This document shows positions 60,000 to 64,000 of a stretch of DNA of 64,000 nucleotides, piece by piece. Origin of the DNA: Patescibacteria group bacterium (GTDB taxonomy: Bacteria > Patescibacteriota > Microgenomatia > Levybacterales > UBA12049); contig BPJB01000001.1 of NCBI GenBank assembly GCA_026004395.1, positions 649,226-713,225 on the forward strand. Direction: 5' to 3'. Position numbers and translations under genes: made by a program. The notes under the pieces were generated by a model, which made no database searches, was not told the DNA's origin, and saw only the letters and a program-made list of their open reading frames with translations. How positions within the stretch are numbered: position 1 is the stretch's first letter; each line of letters starts with the position of its first letter.

Positions 60000-60749
60000 C
60001 TACTCTGTCTTCTTATCTGTTTCGGAAATATCATAGTTAGCGTACACTTTCTGAACATCATCTAAGCTCTCTAATTTCTCCATGAAAGGGACTATCTTTT
60101 CAATGATTGCAGGATCAGTAATTGGTGTATATACTATAGGTCTTCTTGTAAGCTCGGCACGCAAAACTGTAATTCCTGCTTGCTGTAAAGTATCTCTTAC
60201 CTGTGCAAGTTTTTCAGGTGTAGTATAGACAATAATCTCCTCTTCCCTCTCCTCGACGTCTTCTGCGCCTGCATCTGCTGCAAGCAAAAAAATTTCATCA
60301 AGAGATCTTCCATTTTTACCTATGCTTATCTCCCCTTTCTGTACAAATTGATAACTTACACTTCCTGGAACACCTAGACTACCGCCGTTTTTATCAAAAA
60401 TACTTTTAATCTCAGGTGTTGTTCGCTGCTTATTATCAGTAATAGCCTCAATTATCACACTAAACCCTCCGGGTCCAAAACCTTCGTAGATTACTTCTGT
60501 GACCTCATTGGCTGTTTTACCAAGTGCTCTCTCGATAGCACGTTCGATATTTTCTTTTGGCATATTTGCGCTACGTGCCGCATCAATAGCTAATCGAAGT
60601 CTTGGATTTCCATTAGGATCAGATATCCCTCCACCCTCTTTTACGGCTAACATAATAGCATTGGAGAGTTTGGTAAAAAGTTGCCCTCTCTTTGCATCAT
60701 TTGCACCTTTTTGTCTTTTAATTGTTGACCATTTTGAATGTCCACTCAT
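60000..60749 (-). CDS. yebC: YebC/PmpR-family protein
   Basis: MSGHSKWSTIK, NPRLRLA, YEGFGPGG, TDNKQRT, LESLDDVQKVYAN. Confidence 0.96.
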   Translation of the reverse strand: MSGHSKWSTIKRQKGANDAKRGQLFTKLSNAIMLAVKEGGGISDPNGNPRLRLAIDAARSANMPKENIERAIERALGKTANEVTEVIYEGFGPGGFSVIIEAITDNKQRTTPEIKSIFDKNGGSLGVPGSVSYQFVQKGEISIGKNGRSLDEIFLLAADAGAEDVEEREEEIIVYTTPEKLAQVRDTLQQAGITVLRAELTRRPIVYTPITDPAIIEKIVPFMEKLESLDDVQKVYANYDISETDKKTE

Positions 60750-60949
60750 ATTATTTAATAAAAATTAAAAGTACTAAAGTATTTAGGTATCACGGTAAAA
60801 CAAGCTATAATCTATCGTAGTACCGTTATACCTATAGTACTTCTACTAAACTAATTATACCTTGTTTTAAGGGTAGATAACAAGAGATGTTATCCACCAA
60901 ACAATTTTTTATTGAACTTACGCTCACTAATAAGAAGAAACTCGTCCTA

Positions 60950-60978
60950 TTGACTTTTGCAAAAAACTTAAGTAGAAT
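60950..60978 (+). promoter_or_regulatory. Sigma70 promoter for the TPR gene
   Basis: TTGACT-17 nt-TAGAAT. Confidence 0.6.
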
Positions 60979-61014
60979 TTCATTTTAATTCAGATATAAA
61001 GGATTTATACCCAA

Positions 61015-61707
61015 ATGACACCCTTAAAAGCGCAAGCTATACAAACTGCCCTCATGGGAGATTGGGAAAACGCAATTCTTCTAAATCAGTCTCTACTCGA
61101 AGAAAATCCAAACGATATTGACACACTCAACAGACTAGCGTACGCCTTGGCTAGTGTAGGCAATATACAAGAAGCTAAAGCAATCTATCAAAAAGTACTT
61201 GATCTTGATACACAAAATCCTATTGCACTTCGCAATTTAAAACGACTCAATTCTTATAATGCCTCTCATACCAATAACAGAACGCACGTTTTTTATCCGA
61301 ATCTTACCAACCTTTTCATCGAGGAACCAGGTAAAACAAAAGTACTTGATCTGCTAAATGTCGCTAACAAAAAAATACTCACTCTTCTTAGATCTGGAGA
61401 GCCTCTTACCCTTTGTATTAAACGAATGAAGATTTTTATGCTTGATCAAAATAAACAATATATTGGAATGCTTCCCGATGATGTAGGACGACGTCTCATA
61501 CGCTTCATTAAGGGTGGAAATCAGTACGATGCGTATATCAAATCAGTTGATAATAATAAAGTTACTATTTTCATTCGTGAAATTAAGCGGGTTGCGCGGT
61601 TTAAAAATCAACCATCATTTCCATCTATTGATAAAACACGCTTATTTATAAAACAAAAACCTTTTGAAGTTAACGATTATGATGAAGCTGCGGTATCAGA
61701 AGATTGA
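61015..61707 (+). CDS. Tetratricopeptide repeat protein
   Basis: W..A...N..LLEENPNDIDTLNRLAYAL...EAK..YQKVL.LD..N.IA TPR; C-terminal FIEEPGKTK domain. Confidence 0.85.
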   Translation: MTPLKAQAIQTALMGDWENAILLNQSLLEENPNDIDTLNRLAYALASVGNIQEAKAIYQKVLDLDTQNPIALRNLKRLNSYNASHTNNRTHVFYPNLTNLFIEEPGKTKVLDLLNVANKKILTLLRSGEPLTLCIKRMKIFMLDQNKQYIGMLPDDVGRRLIRFIKGGNQYDAYIKSVDNNKVTIFIREIKRVARFKNQPSFPSIDKTRLFIKQKPFEVNDYDEAAVSED

Positions 61708-61844
61708 TTGTGAAAAATTATCTTCCCTTTTTTTAACTCTTTTCTTACTTCCTTGACCTCATCCATCTTTGTAATATTCCTCAAAGATCGCAATGCTAAA
61801 ACTACTGATAATAAAGCAATAATTATAACTATAATCCAAAACAT
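61677..61844 (-). CDS. 55-aa single-TM small protein; not in ORF track
   Basis: MFWIIVIIIALLSVVLALRSLRNITKMDEVKEVRKELKKGKIIFHNQSSDTAASS*; starts 8 nt after the LytR-C gene stop. Confidence 0.65.
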   Translation of the reverse strand: MFWIIVIIIALLSVVLALRSLRNITKMDEVKEVRKELKKGKIIFHNQSSDTAASS

Positions 61845-61852
61845 AAAATCAA

Positions 61853-62668
61853 CTAATAATTAATCTCTTTTACCCTGTCTTTCCCTATTGTGATAATTAT
61901 ATCAGAGAGAGTGGGAGACGATAATGGGATTGCAGGCATTAAAAGAAGACGCTGCAATCTTTTTAGTGTATCACTATTCTTCTTTTCTTCTCTATATTCA
62001 ATTTGTGACGTTGTAACAATTTTATCCGCATTAGTAACAGAAATTACTGTGCCCCCCATGGTTGTAATCGCCCTTTCTAAGCGTTTTCCCAAACCTGGAA
62101 TACTAGTCCCATTGCGAATTTCTATTGTTACGTTATCCTCTACAATTTTTGGATCAACAAAAAAAGATCTTGTAACATCATCTATTTTTGTTTCATTTTG
62201 AGGCAGGCTGATTGTTTGCTGAGAAATATTAGCCTTGGGAATTCCTTTTACTACCAAAAAAAGGCGTAAAAGATCGTAGAATGTAAGGCTGGTTGAAACA
62301 CCGCGCTTTTTCAATAATGCATCTGATATATGAGAATCCACTTCCCTTGCACCTTGAAATGGTTGCGCAAGGTTAATTTGACCATCAATAAAAATACCCA
62401 AAAGTTGTTTTGCCTGTGTTAAATCTTTCACACCTTTTAATTGTAGATGTGAAAGTTTTTTATCACGTGCATTTATTCCAACTATATCTAAATCTCTATC
62501 TTTTACAAACGCTATTGTAAATAAATAATCACTATCAAAAACACTATTTTGTGTTAACGCAATAAAACGATAAATTATAGAAATCGTGATAAGCAAAAAA
62601 ACCACGATCAAAAAAAACATGAGAAGACGTAGAGAATTTTTGGAAGTACTTACTTTTTTATTTCTCAT
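61853..62668 (-). CDS. Membrane protein with LytR C-terminal domain
   Basis: N-terminal TM; IEIRNGT.IPGLG, V.NAD, DIIITIGKD LytR_C motifs. Confidence 0.8.
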   Translation of the reverse strand: MRNKKVSTSKNSLRLLMFFLIVVFLLITISIIYRFIALTQNSVFDSDYLFTIAFVKDRDLDIVGINARDKKLSHLQLKGVKDLTQAKQLLGIFIDGQINLAQPFQGAREVDSHISDALLKKRGVSTSLTFYDLLRLFLVVKGIPKANISQQTISLPQNETKIDDVTRSFFVDPKIVEDNVTIEIRNGTSIPGLGKRLERAITTMGGTVISVTNADKIVTTSQIEYREEKKNSDTLKRLQRLLLMPAIPLSSPTLSDIIITIGKDRVKEINY

Positions 62669-62680
62669 GGGCAGAAAAAC

Positions 62681-62824
62681 TTATTCTGTTTTTTTCTTTT
62701 TGGAAATTACCTCAGGTAAAGAATACGACAATGGACTACCTAAAGATAGATTACTTGCATGTTTCTCTTTTTCTTTTTTTTGTTTCTTTTTTTCACCTTT
62801 AAAGTAACCTGATCCCTTTGCCAT
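62681..62824 (-). CDS. 47-aa lysine-rich small protein; not in ORF track
   Basis: MAKGSGYFKGEKKKQKKEKEKHASNLSLGSPLSYSLPEVISKKKKTE* preceded by a strong SD GGAGGTGA. Confidence 0.7.
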   Translation of the reverse strand: MAKGSGYFKGEKKKQKKEKEKHASNLSLGSPLSYSLPEVISKKKKTE

Positions 62825-62858
62825 AGAGAATCACCTCCTGAAACAGAGTTTTAATTAA

Positions 62859-63638
62859 TTATACACTACCATCATCATTAATTTTCTTCAAAAGCTGTAA
62901 AATATTTCTAAGTTCCGGAGGGAGTGGAGCCTCAAAAGTGAGAAGATTATTTGTCAGCGGATGATGAAAGGAGATACGATCTGCATGAAGAAACACTCGA
63001 GAAAGTAATTTTCTATCTTCACGCTGTGTTTTTCTACCAGCATAGAGAAAGTCAGCAAAAAGCGGATGACCTAGATACTGAAAATGTACTCTAATTTGGT
63101 GAGTCCTTCCGGTCACCGGATTAACTTCCAAAAGAGAAAGAATCTCCTTTTTTTTATTTGGTAACTGATAATAAGCTATTACTTTATACAAAGTTTTTGA
63201 TTCTCTACCCCCTGCCACTACTCCAAAATGTTTTCTCTTCCAAGGCAAACGTCCAACAGGAACATTAATCTCTCCTTCTTTTGGTACAACCTTACCATGT
63301 GCCAACGCACTATATGTTTTCTTTACTGTGCGAGCTTTAAATTGTGCTTGAAGAGCCATAAACGATTCAAGATTTTTGGCAATAAGCAAAATACCTGATG
63401 TTTCTTTATCTATACGATGAACTATCCCTGAACGACTAAAAAATGCTTTCTCACTATCAGAATCTTCTTCTACCTCTGATGGATATGATATCTTTTTTAT
63501 TCCAAGATACTCCTCTACCCAGTCTTGAAGAGTATATTCACTGCGTGTTGTTTCTGAGCGATTTACAGTCATGCCAGATGGTTTATTAATTACAAGAATA
63601 TGTTCATCTTCAAAAATAATTTGAGGTTTTCTGTCCAT
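62859..63638 (-). CDS. RluA-family pseudouridine synthase
   Basis: VINKPSG, IVHRIDKETSG (catalytic Asp), TGRTHQIRVH, LHA. Confidence 0.94.
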   Translation of the reverse strand: MDRKPQIIFEDEHILVINKPSGMTVNRSETTRSEYTLQDWVEEYLGIKKISYPSEVEEDSDSEKAFFSRSGIVHRIDKETSGILLIAKNLESFMALQAQFKARTVKKTYSALAHGKVVPKEGEINVPVGRLPWKRKHFGVVAGGRESKTLYKVIAYYQLPNKKKEILSLLEVNPVTGRTHQIRVHFQYLGHPLFADFLYAGRKTQREDRKLLSRVFLHADRISFHHPLTNNLLTFEAPLPPELRNILQLLKKINDDGSV

Positions 63639-63646
63639 AAAGGTAT

Positions 63647-64000
63647 TTATCTATCACGAAGCTGCAACTTAATGCGTATTTCTCCTTTTTCAAGAAGAAG
63701 CACCATGGCTAATGCAAAGAAAAACAAAATAAGAAGAAGAACATTTTCAATATTCAACCACATGGAATTAATATTCTCTGCACGCACAACATTTATCATT
63801 ATTGATGAAAATGAAAATACGAGTATAAATAAGAATCCAAGAGTCCCATCCTTAATCTCTCCTCGTATGTTAAGAGGAAGTAAAAGTTTTACAAAAAAAA
63901 TTAAAATTACCAAATAAAGAATCGGTAAAAAGATGCCCAAAAAATAATCTTCTATGCCATTTAACAACTGAACACCCAAATAACCAAAAGGCAGAGACGC
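63647..64000 (-). CDS. Multi-TM membrane protein, probably 5'-truncated by the window edge
   Basis: Hydrophobic ORF ending at 63647; the frame stays open to the window end. Confidence 0.55.
   Translation of the reverse strand, partial: ASLPFGYLGVQLLNGIEDYFLGIFLPILYLVILIFFVKLLLPLNIRGEIKDGTLGFLFILVFSFSSIMINVVRAENINSMWLNIENVLLLILFFFALAMVLLLEKGEIRIKLQLRDR

Overview
AT-rich 64-kb chromosomal window read in standard code 11. Gene content suggests a Patescibacteria/CPR organism of Microgenomates type (inference): type IV pili without a secretin, many GT-C glycosyltransferases, a single Xer, and orphan proteins. In order: (1) translation cluster rpmF-nusB-rnc-rpsP-khpA-trmD; (2) minus-strand type IV pilus cluster of pilD, eight prepilin-like genes and pilMNO; (3) a ~29-kb glycosylation region (10.9-39.4 kb) interrupted by a ninth pilin coupled to a TMEM260/DUF2723-like GT-C, and by a signalling locus with two GAF histidine kinases, an atypical Sua5/TsaC protein, a stand-alone receiver and a His-less pseudokinase; (4) tRNA-Thr(CGT) and pilB-pilT-pilC; (5) holB, gyrB-ppa-gyrA, folD; (6) orphan genes around a XerC/D-type recombinase and an ~800-bp non-coding gap holding a near-perfect 11-6-11 symmetric dif-like site (58660-58687); (7) yebC, TPR, LytR-C and RluA genes. 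Best leads: a candidate single-recombinase dif site with extra half-sites nearby, patchy DNA homogenisation of the H-box between the two kinases, a probable pilin glycosylation system, and pervasive leaderless-type promoters. Four small genes missing from the ORF track and one homopolymer frameshift were read by hand. All family calls come from motif recognition; no database searches were run.
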